A DNA stretch of 63,905 nucleotides, the filler included, from Octopus bimaculoides (Eukaryota): the NCBI RefSeq assembly GCF_001194135.2. It is 6 parts of 6 records of this genome, joined end to end, with 100 filler letters (N's around TTAATTAATTAA, not from the genome) between each part and the next. Parts side by side here need not be neighbours in the genome. Positions count along the whole stretch, not along the records: positions 19,513 to 38,929 come from NC_068991.1; 5 more parts are not named here. One strand, written 5' to 3'. Positions 24,617-38,175 of this stretch are shown in pieces. The position numbers were made by a program, and so were the translations under genes. A model generated the notes under the pieces. That model did no database searches and was not told the origin of the DNA. It was given only the letters and a program-made list of their open reading frames with translations. Within the stretch, counting starts at the first letter, position 1; every line of letters starts with the position of its first letter.

Positions 24617-24777
24617 GGCGCAGGCGAGGCTATGTGGTAAGAAGTTTGACTCCCAACCACATTGTCCCAGGTTTAGTCACACTGCTTGGCACCTTGGGCT
24701 AATATCTTCTAATATAACTTCAGGCCGACCAAAGTCTTGTAAGAGGATTTAGTAGACAGAAACTAAAAAATGCCCGT

Positions 24778-24819
<42 letters not shown>

Positions 24820-25010
24820 GATATATAACACACACACATATATATATATATAAGTATATGTGTGTGTATGTGTGTATGTGTGTATGTGTGTGTATGTGTG
24901 TGTCTGTGTGTGTGTGTGTTTTGTGTCTGTGTTTGTCCCCCACCAGAGCTTGACAACCTGTGTTGGTTTGTTTACATCCCCGCAATCCAGTGGTTCGGCA
25001 GAAAGAGGAC
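24617..25010 (+). mobile_element. tRNA-derived SINE, major family
   Basis: GGCGCAGGCG.GGCT.TGTGGTAAGAAG head, GGTTTAGTC B-box-like segment, internal (CA)/(TA)/(TG) tract, shared 3' body. Confidence 0.8.
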
Positions 25011-26256
25011 AGTATTCCTTCGAGTGTGTCTGATTTGGAAGACCGATCATGGAAGAAAGTGATTTCAGGGAGATTTCGCTGCCATATCCAACAAGTCGAG
25101 CGATCACGTTAGGGTGGTTGGAAATTTCTTCTTCTTGTAGCTTTTCTCGAAGTTAAAGTTGTTGTTATTGTTGCTGTAGCTAACCTTTTCTGACAGTATG
25201 TAATCACTGCCAGTCAACGTCGATGTCGTCGTTATACGTGTTATATTCCAAATGTTGACAACTATCATGTCCATATAATTGTATAGCGAATATATAATGC
25301 ATATGTATATAGTACATATACACACATAAATACATACATACATATATGTTTATACATATATGTATATACATATATATATTTTGTGTATAGATAGAATGTC
25401 GTGTCATGTGTTTAGAGATTGACTTCAACGAGACATACCAGACAAGCCTATTAGACAAGCTGTCATTAAGTAAGCAATACATTTTAGTGAAGCGCACCAA
25501 AGAAATATGTCCAGAAAGACGTTATTGCATCACCGGAATTTAATCTGGCAATTAATGACCTGACAACATGTTTTTCTCTGTAGTCTTCAACAGAGGGATG
25601 TTGAGGAACGAAAATAGACAAACCAAAAATATATAAGATTTTAGAATTAAGTTAGTAAAGCAGCTAACACTAGTTTTCTACTTAATCACTTTTATAGATT
25701 TCCTGTTTGTTCGTTGGTTTTGTTTCCTGTGCTGGTGTTGTTGCTGTCGTTGTTGTTGGGGCTGGTTGTAATGGCGGTGGTTTTCTCCTATGTGGCCGTC
25801 TCTCAGTTAATTTCGATACGGTATAAACTTGGATGTATATTTTATGTTGTTCATTCCTTGTTCTAGGTTTGTTAATGAGGATTTTAAGTGACACAAGAAT
25901 ACATACATACATACATAAATACATACATGCATACCTTCATACATACATACATACGTACATACTTACATACCCACCATACATAAATGTATACATGTATACA
26001 TACAGACATGTCGACATAGAAACATGCGTACATTCATCATACAAATATACGTACATAAACGCATACATGCAAATATACAGAAACATGTCTAGCATGCTTC
26101 TGTGGTCAATAAGCTCGCTTTGCTGTCTCGTGGTCTCCGGTTCGGTCCCACTGCGCGCACCCCAGTCAAGTCTCTTCTATGGTAGACTCAGGCGCAAATA
26201 CCTTGTGAATGAACTTCGTTAGACAGAATCTTTGTGTAAATCTTCCGTGTATATTC

Positions 26257-26298
<42 letters not shown>

Positions 26299-26684
26299 CA
26301 TACATGTATATGTTTATACACACACACATATGTTAATTAGAGGATATATTAACCTCTTAAAGGGATGATTACATCAATGAAAACATTGGTTCTATACCTT
26401 ATATCTTTAGGAAATAAAATTTCCCTAAATCAGTATGTATATATTAGGTACATAATCCGTATTAAATTAAGAGAAGAAAATGGAGAGTTGGTGGTTAATA
26501 ATAATTTATTAATAAATTGATAATCATTTCATCCTACAGCTGTTTTCATTTATACTCATTGAAACAAATTTGTGCATTAAATTTGCATTTAAAAGTTATG
26601 AGCAAAATATCATCAGGGAAAAAGTAGGCATTTAAAAAATTACCCGTTGACATATATGTTCATTGCAGTCCGCTGGGAATATAT

Positions 26685-27013
26685 AGGTGTGGATGTGTGG
26701 TAAGAAGCTTGCTTCCCAACCACATGGTTCTGGATTCAGTGATAACTTGGACAAGTGACTTCTACTATAGCTTCGGGCCGGCCAATGCCTTTTGAGTGGA
26801 TTTAGTAGACGGAAACTGAAAGAACCTTTAGTATATATATATATATGTTTGTGTGTGTCTCTGTGTATACGTTTGTCACCCCACACCGCTTGGCAACAGG
26901 AGCTGGTGTGTTTACGTTCCTGTAACTTAGCAGTTCGGCATAAAGAGACCGATAGGATAATTACCATACTCAAAAAAAATAAGTACTGAGGTCGATTCAT
27001 TCAACTAAAAACC
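26685..27013 (+). mobile_element. tRNA-derived SINE, major family
   Basis: Same head/body as 32513-32945; runs into the N gap. Confidence 0.8.
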
Positions 27014-28321
27014 NNNNNNNNNNNNNNNNNNNNNNNNNNNNNNNNNNNNNNNNNNNNNNNNNNNNNNNNNNNNNNNNNNNNNNNNNNNNNNNNNNNNNNN
27101 NNNNNNNNNNNNNNNNNNNNNNNNNNNNNNNNNNNNNNNNNNNNNNNNNNNNNNNNNNNNNNNNNNNNNNNNNNNNNNNNNNNNNNNNNNNNNNNNNNNN
27201 NNNNNNNNNNNNNNNNNNNNNNNNNNNNNNNNNNNNNNNNNNNNNNNNNNNNNNNNNNNNNNNNNNNNNNNNNNNNNNNNNNNNNNNNNNNNNNNNNNNN
27301 NNNNNNNNNNNNNNNNNNNNNNNNNNNNNNNNNAATTCAGTTTTCCTCTCCTTGTGAGAAACGCTTTTATAGAGAATGCTTTTGTTATCCAGAGTTAGTT
27401 TTCTCCTCCTCACTTAGCGGCATAACGTCTGGTTTGACAATAACATTTTTGTACTAGAGGGCGTTACCTTTCAGATCTTACACCGAATGCATCGTCCACT
27501 GGTTAACTGCCCTCGAAAGAGATAAAGAGTTGTTGTGGCTTTGCATGTTGTTGTCGTTGTTGTTGCTGCTGTTATCGTTGTTGTTGCTATTATTGTTGTT
27601 GTTGTTATTGTCACGGTCATCGCTGCTGCTTGTATTTTTGCTGGTGTTGCTGTCGTCATAGCAATAATACGAAATTTCATTCCTTTGATTCGATAAATTT
27701 AGTTTATCTCCAACTTGGCTGCCATTCACGTCTTGTTCCCCCGGACATGGCAGCATTGGGAGTCAAAACTAAGTCGACAGAACACTGTTGACAGTCGACT
27801 ATTATTATTTTGGGGGGAAAACAAATAGGAAATCTTTGTTTACACAAAAATGCAAATTAATCATCACTGAGTTACAGCTCCAAAAGTGGGTGTAATGCAG
27901 CAGAAAATATACCACTGCTGTCCATACAATGTCAGCAAAATAGTTATCACAAACTAATTGACTGAACAGACTTTAACCAACCGAAATGATTGATAAAACT
28001 CTTAAGACTTACGGAGCTCAAAGCTCACTGACTTCCCAGTATGGCGGGCATAATAATAATAATAATGATGATGATGGTGATGGTAAAAATGTTGATGAGG
28101 AAGAGGATGTTGATGATAGGTGTCATTAGCAGACATTTGGAAATCAGAGATTAGTGTAAATGTAATGATATTTCGCGTTTCCACCTGTCTAAATCTGTTG
28201 TTTTCTAAGATTCCTATTGGCAATTTTAGGTCAGCAATAGAGAAGATATTGTATTATTGATATCTTACATAGGAAAGTGAATGTATAACGAATGAAAAAT
28301 AAAATAGCAATAATAACATTG

Positions 28322-28393
<72 letters not shown>

Positions 28394-29395
28394 TCACCAC
28401 CAGCGCTACCACCACCACACCACCACCATCACCACAACCACNNNNNNNNNNNNNNNNNNNNNNNNNNNNNNNNNNNNNNNNNNNNNNNNNNNNNNNNNNN
28501 NNNNNNNNNNNNNNNNNNNNNNNNNNNNNNNNNNNNNNNNNNNNNNNNNNNNNNNNNNNNNNNNNNNNNNNNNNNNNNNNNNNNNNNNNNNNNNNNNNNN
28601 NNNNNNNNNNNNNNNNNNNNNNNNNNNNNNNNNNNNNNNNNNNNNNNNNNNNNNNNNNNNNNNNNNNNNNNNNNNNNNNNNNNNNNNNNNNNNNNNNNNN
28701 NNNNNNNNNNNNNNNNNNNNNNNNNNNNNNNNNNNNNNNNNNNNNNNNNNNNNNNNNNNNNNNNNNNNNNNNNNNNNNNNNNNNNNNNNNNNNNNNNNNN
28801 NNNNNNNNNNNNNNNNNNNNNNNNNNNNNNNNNNNNNNNNNNNNNNNNNNNNNNNNNNNNNNNNNNNNNNNNNNNNNNNNNNNNNNNNNNNNNNNNNNNN
28901 NNNNNNNNNNNNNNNNNNNNNNNNNNNNNNNNNNNNNNNNNNNNNNNNNNNNNNNNNNNNNNNNNNNNNNNNNNNNNNNNNNNNNNNNNNNNNNNNNNNN
29001 NNNNNNNNNNNNNNNNNNNNNNNNNNNNNNNNNNNNNNNNNNNNNNNNNNNNNNNNNNNNNNNNNNNNNNNNNNNNNNNNNNNNNNNNNNNNNNNNNNNN
29101 NNNNNNNNNNNNNNNNNNNNNNNNNNNNNNNNNNNATACATGCATACGCACACACAAACCTATCTATATATATGCACACCACTTCTCACAGAATTACTTC
29201 CTTAGCGTACCTACTCCACAAGCTGCCGAAAAACAACCATAGAAATTTAAAAAAAAATAGATATAGTACTCTCAAGAAGGCGAACATACTCTAACTTTGA
29301 CGACACTAATCAAAACTTTTATTGTAAGAGTTAATAATATACAACATACTAGAAAGTAGTAATACTTACCTACGTATATATAAACACACACATAC

Positions 29396-29436
<41 letters not shown>

Positions 29437-29700
29437 CACACAGACATATACATACATATATGCATAAATGTTTATATATGTATATACATACGTACATACA
29501 TACATATATATATATATATAGACACAAGTACATACATACATACGTACGTACACATACACACACAAACACACACAAGCACACGCACTCATTACTGCAACTA
29601 GATTTGCATGATAAAAAATCACTTGTAATCTCTCTCTCTGTCAGTTTGTCTATATCTGTTTATTTAGACTTGCATATATCTACGCACATACAGATACGCT

Positions 29701-29749
<49 letters not shown>

Positions 29750-30399
29750 ATAAATATAATATATTCTGACAGATGTGCCCAAACGCACACACACAAGAAC
29801 TAACAGGTTATATGTGTCTGAGTCAAGAATTTGATGACTGTCTGGCAAAAATAATCTAACGACATCATGCATACATATCGCTCTCTCTCTTCCTATATAT
29901 ATATATTCAGATGTGTGTGTGTGTGTGTGTTTATCCATATATACGTACACACTGTATTCGTGACCACGTATATACATACAGGCATACTTAAATACATACG
30001 TGTAGGTATTAGTTATATATTCATATAAATTTATCCCGTAAATTCCTCTGTAAATATATTCGAAAGACAAAACAAAAACAACAAAAATTTTCCCCCTAAA
30101 ACCAAAACAAAACAAAAAACAAACAATGAAAAACACAAATGAAATGAAAGATGATAAGAACTGTTAATCTTTTTAAGCCTCTGAACTTCATCTTTACAAC
30201 GACGATGTTGTTTTTACGACCATCATGATGTCATCACCATTGTATTATTAATGGCGACTGCGGTAGTGATGGCGGCTGTCGGTGTTTATTGACAGTGGAT
30301 GGTGATGATGGTGATGGTGGCGTTAGTGGTTTTGGTATAGTGGTGGTGAGAGCGGTTGTGGAAGCAGGGGATGAGATATTGGCGTTATATTAATGACAG

Positions 30400-30639
30400 T
30401 AATACTGAGGTTGATGGATATAGTAATGATGATGATCATGACGATGTCGACAACGACGACGACGACGACGACGATGAGGAAGACGATGCTTATATTGCTC
30501 CTGATAATGATGATTAGGAAGCTGATGATGATGACGATGCTGATAACGACGAGGGTGATGTTGATGTTAACTATAATGATGATATTAGGTATGGCGATGG
30601 TAATGATGATGCCGATAGTGATGATGATAATGATGATGG

Positions 30640-30707
<68 letters not shown>

Positions 30708-30910
30708 GCGACAACTATGCTGCAGCAGCTGCTGATATAAACCCAATGTGGGAATATCGAAAATATCTATATTTCGTGTTTCGCAGTTATTCTTACATTT
30801 ATTGCTTATTGTTTTCGTCGCCTTAATCCGTTAAAATGATTATATAAGGTGGCCGCAATGTATTTTTGTCCCACCAGATTATAGCAACGAAAAACATAAA
30901 AATGCCGTCG

Positions 30911-30956
<46 letters not shown>

Positions 30957-31101
30957 GACTATAGATATCTCATTCTTTATCTTCAATATCATTATCATCA
31001 CAGTCACCATTATCTAGCCACCTCGACGCTTTACTTATTGTTTTCATTACCCTCCTCCTCCTCCTCCTCCTCATCATCATCATCATCATCATTATCATCA
31101 T

Positions 31102-31137
<36 letters not shown>

Positions 31138-31260
31138 ACAAAACCATCTTCCCTTTATTCCTCCTTCTCATTATAATCCTCATCAACACCATCCACCATA
31201 CTCCATCTTCTCCCTCTCCCCCGCTTCCTACTCCGCCTCTGCTTCTTCATTTTTGTCCTC
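30400..31260. repeat. (GAT)n / (CAT)n / (CCT)n trinucleotide repeat cluster
   Basis: Long perfect and degenerate GAT and ATC arrays; the poly-Met ORF is their translation. Confidence 0.9.
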
Positions 31261-31479
31261 ATCCTCAGCCTGAACAACATAGGTATGATCAGTCTTAATA
31301 GCAACACCTTGTAACAACAGTAGATCATTAGCAAGAGTTTCTTGAGAATTTGTGTCTGTCATGCTTTTGTTACTGTTAATATTTGCTTAATTTGAACGGT
31401 GTGCAGTTTGAAACTATCTAGAACACATCTCCACTAGCTTCTACGCTTTATGCTTAACAACAACAGTTCTTTATCGTAA

Positions 31480-32350
31480 AAGAGGCACGTTGCAGTTACC
31501 AGTGGCGTCAATAGTCAAAATATATAAACTGGGGAAGGTACGAACGGTGATGATGCTGACAGAGTCGAAGGATATGGAAATCAGGCAGAATCCACCAGAG
31601 GTGAAAACAGCCAGGAAGTGGAAAGCAGAAGCAGGGATAGATGACAGGTATACATGGAAACATAAGCTGGTCCTTAAGGTTATCTTCAATGCTATAAAGA
31701 ACCAAATTGATCTCAACAACAGTGAAAAAACCGTTGAAAGCACCAACTAGAGATTTCATTAACTTCATGCGCTCAGGACAGCGGATCCGTTTCAAGAACA
31801 ACAAACTTCCTGTGAGCGAAGAAAAGTGGAACCGCCATTAGGAGGTGACTGCAGTTTTACCAGGATGCCAGTGATTCTTTCCCACCCTAGTTACGAAAAA
31901 AGCCTGACAGTTTAATGTGGTGTAAAGGAAAGAAAGTTGTGAATACAGTCGGGTTAACGGTTCCTCATGATGATAACACGGACGCCGCTCGGGCTCGAAA
32001 GATTGACCGTTATGTAAACCTTCTCGAGGAATGTGAAGATGCAGGCTTCAAAGCGGAGCATTTTCCAATCGAAGTCGGATGTAGATCGTTTGTTGGACAC
32101 AGTGTGAGACGACTGTTGTTATCATTAGGCCTCGCTCATCATTAAAGTAAATACCATCATGACCGACATTCAAACTACAGTGGAAAAGGCTAACCACTGG
32201 TTTTGGTTAAAAAGAGACGATGAGCGATGGCTAAAAGAATATTGAGCTTTATTTAATAACCAGTTGATCTAGCAAGCGGGGCCTCATATCAGTGAATCAT
32301 TGATGCCGCCGAGAGGTAGACCCCGAAACGGCGCGCTTTCTCTCCTGATG
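31480..32350 (+). mobile_element. Degenerate HERO-like RLE non-LTR retrotransposon, 3' part
   Basis: YKLGKVRTVMMLTESKD..PEVKTARKWKAE; RYTWKHKLVLK; LTVPHDDN..AARARKIDRY..L...C...G....FPIEVGCRSF restriction-like endonuclease motif. Confidence 0.8.
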
Positions 32351-32512
32351 ACCTCATACACTTACTGGCTTCCGGTATGCGGAGTTCTCGACTGATAGCA
32401 CTTATACATTTTTGCGATTCTCTGTTTAGTCAAATGTAAAACTTATTTGCATAAAAAGGAATAAAAATGTTGTGAGTCATTAATTTTGAATTATCATAAT
32501 CATAAATTCATA

Positions 32513-32676
32513 CAGACGTAGATGTGGCTGCGTGGTAAGTAGCTTGCTTATCTACCACATGGTTCCGTGTTCAGTCCCACTGCGTGGCACCTTGGGCAAG
32601 TGTCTTCTGCTATAGCCCCGGGCCGACCAAAGCCTTGTGAGTGGATTTGGTAGACGGGAACTGAAAGAAGCCCATC

Positions 32677-32727
<51 letters not shown>

Positions 32728-32945
32728 CATATATGTTTGTGTGTCTGTGTTTGTCCCCCTAGCATCGCTTGACAACCGATGGTGGTGTGTTTATGTCCCC
32801 TTAACTTAGTGGTTCGGCAGAAACGACCGATAGAATAAGTACTAGGCTTACAAAGAATAAGTCCCGGGGTCGATTTGCTTGACTAAAGGCGGTACCCCAG
32901 CATGGCCGCAGTCAAATGACTGAAACAAGTAAAAGAGTAAAAAGA
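32513..32945 (+). mobile_element. tRNA-derived SINE, major family, near full length
   Basis: tRNA-like head (GTGGCTGCGTGGTAAG...GTTCAGTCCC), internal (TA)n, 3' end CAGTCAAATGACTGAAACAAGTAAAAGAGTAAAAAGAG. More than 15 partial copies in the window. Confidence 0.88.
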
Positions 32946-32952
32946 GTAGAGG

Positions 32953-33016
<64 letters not shown>

Positions 33017-33439
33017 TGTGTGACTGGATATCTGAAGAAAAAGGCTTACAGAAATTTACATCTACAAAACTTTGAGCTATGGAGATGGGGATCTAAGTGA
33101 ACCTATTAATAAACACATTTGACTTCTATATGTGCTGAGTTCTGGCTTGTTTCGTTTCTACCCTCATACACACACAGCGCACACAGCACACGTACACACG
33201 ACACACACACAATGCACACACAACGCACACATTCTCTCTCTCACAGGCGCACATACGCACATATGTGGGTACGTGTGAATTTATGAATGTGATAATTTAA
33301 ACTTTATGTCTTCACTGAGAAAAAAAAAAAGAACCACTGTAGTGGACCGACATCTTAACCAAGAAAGGAATATATACGCCACGGAATCCGGGAAACCGGC
33401 TCTTCTGATCCTATGGCTCGGGAAGTACCTTTGAACTTA

Positions 33440-33478
33440 TATATATATATATGTATATATATACATAGGTACATATAC

Positions 33479-33547
<69 letters not shown>

Positions 33548-33585
33548 TATATATATGCATGTACAGATATATACACATACATACG

Positions 33586-33648
<63 letters not shown>

Positions 33649-33670
33649 TTATCTATCTATCTGTCTATGT
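33440..33670. repeat. (TA)n and (TATC)n microsatellites
   Basis: Direct reading; similar (TATC)n/(TATG)n/(TGGA)n block at 35100-35375. Confidence 0.9.
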
Positions 33671-35102
33671 GTGTCTGTGTGATTCTGTGTTTGCGTGTTT
33701 GTTTCCGTGTATGTATGTTTGTTTAGGGCTGAGGGAAATATCACTAAATACATGTAGAAAACAATTATATAATACAGTCATTGTCTGTAATTAGTTTTAG
33801 GCCGATTAAGTCTATTATTGATACGTTGATGCACCTCTCTAATGAATAGTTGACCACAAAATCACCAAACGATCAAATAGTTACATCTGTTTCAAGTAAT
33901 TGTATTTGAATATTGAATAAACAATGGCCTAATGGCAAAAGTGTCACAAGTTCGCATATTGTGGGAAATGCTACTTTATATTCCTGGCTATCATATATCA
34001 ATACCACACTCTATTCAAACAATGACAGGCCAGTTGGATGTTAGAGGGAGGCTGTGTGACTGTGAAGTATGTTTCCTTAAATGTCAATGCTTAGCTTCAA
34101 TTCTCTCTCAGGCAATACATTAATTCACTCCAACCATTTACATTGAAACGCTGGAGAAATTCGAAAGTGCTCTAAGCTCTAGCACACTGCAAGAAATTTC
34201 TCGAACGTCACCAGTTAAAAATAAATAAAAATTTGCAAATGCTTAGAATATTAAAATAATTGACCTAGGAATATTTCTGTATACAAAACTTGCGAGTGAA
34301 TTATACAGATTTTCAAAAGCTGCTGAATATAACGTGTAGAGTTAAAAGTACTTGACAGTTAGGAAATGTATGGTACGGCAGAAAAATGTCCCACATTTTA
34401 CCAGGCCATACCTAGAGCACTAATGAAGTTAAGCAGGTGGTAATGGTATCTTCCTGTAATTAATGTTCTATCATCTTGTTTTGGTTACCATCATGGCTTG
34501 GAAAGATGCACACTGTGCGTTTGCTGTTGGTGAATCTGAAGTGTTTTGCCGCCCCCGAAGTGAAATAGCTCAGGCAGCGTCTACATCCGACTCTTTGCGA
34601 AAATCTTTCAAAGACTGTCTTCTCTTAACATTTTCTCTTACTTGCCCTTGTTGATAAACATAGAGCCATGGATGTTCAAGGCTTTGTATATGATACTTAG
34701 GAGATTTTGATAATTCCATCGGATAACATCACATTTAATTTTAATCTGGAACTGTTTTCACATAATAATTTCAATTATTCACTTGTTTTCCAAACATTAA
34801 TTTGTTGAAAATTGTGACTTACGTATCAATGCTATTTTTACAAACACAAGCACACATATAAAAAGACAGACACATACACATAGACACACACATATACATG
34901 CGTTTAGTGTAACAATCTGAAGAAGATAAACAAAATTGAAAATTCGAAATCACTATGAAGTTATTCCTTGTAAAAATTAAATTTAATACACTACTCAAAA
35001 GAGTGACCTTTCACTTAATTTTGTTGATGATAATACATAAAAGTTTACTTCAATATGTATATGCATATTTACTTATAAGACTACCTACATTATATATTTG
35101 CG

Positions 35103-35163
<61 letters not shown>

Positions 35164-37343
35164 GTCTGTCTGTCTGTCTGTCTTCTGTCTGTCTGTCACA
35201 TTCACCTCTCTCCATAAAAGTATTTATGCGTATATATGCGCAGACACACGTATGTATGTATGTATGTATGTATGTATGTATGTATGTATGTGTGTATGTA
35301 TGTATCTATGTATGTATGTATGGATGGATGGATGAATGGATGGATAGATGGACTGATGGGTGGGTGGATGGATGGAGAATTGATATAGACGATTGGCTGA
35401 AATGTAGGTTAGCCATTTTCAAGGCAACTACGGAAGACCAAGGTTTGCAAATGACAAGAGTAATAATGACTTATAACTACAAAGCCGAGATTCATTTCTT
35501 CCACTACAACTAGTTTTCAAAGGAAATAATAGCTTTAGTGTATAACGTGTAGTTTTGTTTTCGGCGTTGGAAGGACGGATATTTTAAAGTTATCCTGAGA
35601 AAAGGTTGAATATAGAAAGTCAAAGGAAGGATATAATTATTGTAATGCATTCATGTCGATATTCTACTCAGTACATCTCTATACCCACCCATTCACTAAT
35701 ATGTTTTCAGTGGAGAAGGAATATGGATATCTAATTTGAAAAGTTTCTTTCATAAATGAAGGACAATAACAGGCAGCATCACACACACACATATATAAAT
35801 ATATAAATATATATATATATATATANNNNNNNNNNNNNNNNNNNNNNNNNNNNNNNNNNNNNNNNNNNNNNNNNNNNNNNNNNNNNNNNNNNNNNNNNNN
35901 NNNNNNNNNNNNNNNNNNNNNNNNNNNNNNNNNNNNNNNNNNNNNNNNNNNNNNNNNNNNNNNNNNNNNNNNNNNNNNNNNNNNNNNNNNNNNNNNNNNN
36001 NNNNNNNNNNNNNNNNNNNNNNNNNNNNNNNNNNNNNNNNNNNNNNNNNNNNNNNNNNNNNNNNNNNNNNNNNNNNNNNNNNNNNNNNNNNNNNNNNNNN
36101 NNNNNNNNNNNNNNNNNNNNNNNNNNNNNNNNNNNNNNNNNNNNNNNNNNNNNNNNNNNNNNNNNNNNNNNNNNNNNNNNNNNNNNNNNNNNNNNNNNNN
36201 NNNNNNNNNNNNNNNNNNNNNNNNNNNNNNNNNNNNNNNNNNNNNNNNNNNNNNNNNNNNNNNNNNNNNNNNNNNNNNNNNNNNNNNNNNNNNNNNNNNN
36301 NNNNNNNNNNNNNNNNNNNNNNNNNNNNNNNNNNNNNNNNNNNNNNNNNNNNNNNNNNNNNNNNNNNNNNNNNNNNNNNNNNNNNNNNNNNNNNNNNNNN
36401 NNNNNNNNNNNNNNNNNNNNNNNNNNNNNNNNNNNNNNNNNNNNNNNNNNNNNNNNNNNNNNNNNNNNNNNNNNNNNNNNNNNNNACAGATATGCGGTCA
36501 TTCCCTTCTATAATATATAAGGTCTTTGAAAAACCGCACGGTTAAGGACTATCAAATTATTTGATGTAGTATTACATAGCAAACTTTATAAGCAGAGTAA
36601 CGACAATTGTATACTTTGCCTGGAAGACAGAGTGATTACAATTATAACTCACTCCATGTATATTGTATACACACATATTAAAATATTATTATACTCACAA
36701 CTCACATTCACATTTGTACAGGTAGGTAAACAAAGGAAAAATAGTGTAACTCAATACATTTAATTTGGATTTATTACTATTTAATAACAGGTTAATTCAG
36801 TTCCATATTGATTAAATATTTTTGTGTACATCTAACTATCTCTATCCTCAGATACAGAGAGTCAATAAATCAATATACAAAAGATTTTAAAGTGTCTTCT
36901 TAGTGAAAATATTTGATCCCCCGTTAGAGTGTTAAGGTCTCGCAAATGGTTTGATAACCAAGAAAATTTAATACATTTCTCCAAGTAGGCGTAATTGAGA
37001 AGAAGCCTATTGGTTGCAAGTCGTCGGGGTGTGGTTTGTAGAGCGAGGTCCGACACATATACATTGTTATATTTCGAGATGGTAATTTTTGGGGGGGACC
37101 AGAAAACACACGCACTATTTGTTTTTCACTCGTTTATTAGTGCTTTTATTTTATTTTATGTTCATAGTCCGGAAATCTTTCGTTACACATCTGTGACCTC
37201 TGCAGCAGCCTTTTCCTTTCGCGTGTATCCTGCTCCGCTTAATTCATTCTATCCTTTTATGAACACACGTATAATTTTAATGATACATTCTATATACAGA
37301 TATACATGCGCAGACATACACTCAAGCACACACACACACATGC

Positions 37344-37384
<41 letters not shown>

Positions 37385-38060
37385 NNNNNNNNNNNNNNNN
37401 NNNNNNNNNNNNNNNNNNNNNNNNNNNNNNNNNNNNNNNNNNNNNNNNNNNNNNNNNNNNNNNNNNNNNNNNNNNNNNNNNNNNNNNNNNNNNNNNNNNN
37501 NNNNNNNNNNNNNNNNNNNNNNNNNNNNNNNNNNNNNNNNNNNNNNNNNNNNNNNNNNNNNNNNNNNNNNNNNNNNNNNNNNNNNNNNNNNNNNNNNNNN
37601 NNNNNNNNNNNNNNNNNNNNNNNNNNNNNNNNNNNNNNNNNNNNNNNNNNNNNNNNNNNNNNNNNNNNNNNNNNNNNNNNNNNNNNNNNNNNNNNNNNNN
37701 NNNNNNNNNNNNNNNNNNNNNNNNNNNNNNNNNNNNNNNNNNNNNNNNNNNNNNNNNNNNNNNNNNNNNNNNNNNNNNNNNNNNNNNNNNNNNNNNNNNN
37801 NNNNNNNNNNNNNNNNNNNNNNNNNNNNNNNNNNNNNNNNNNNNNNNNNNNNNNNNNNNNNNNNNNNNNNNNNNNNNNNNNNNNNNNNNNNNNNNNNNNN
37901 NNNNNNNNNNNNNNNNNNNNNNNNNNNNNNNNNNNNNNNNNNNNNNNNNNNNNNNNNNNNNNNNNNNNNNNNNNNNNNNNNNNNNNNNNNNNNNNNNNNN
38001 NNNNNNNNNNNNNNNNNNNNNNNNNNNNNNNNNNNNNNNNNNNNNNNNNNNNNNNNNNNN

Positions 38061-38100
<40 letters not shown>

Positions 38101-38175
38101 TACACACACATATATATATATATATAATAATGGTGGCTTTTTCGGAATTTTACAACCAACAAGTAGAAATATATA

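Noticed and set aside
32318-32365. Hammerhead ribozyme (GAAAC and CTGATGA both present)
   Set aside because: Stems II and III cannot pair in any hammerhead topology; treated as retroelement 3' UTR.
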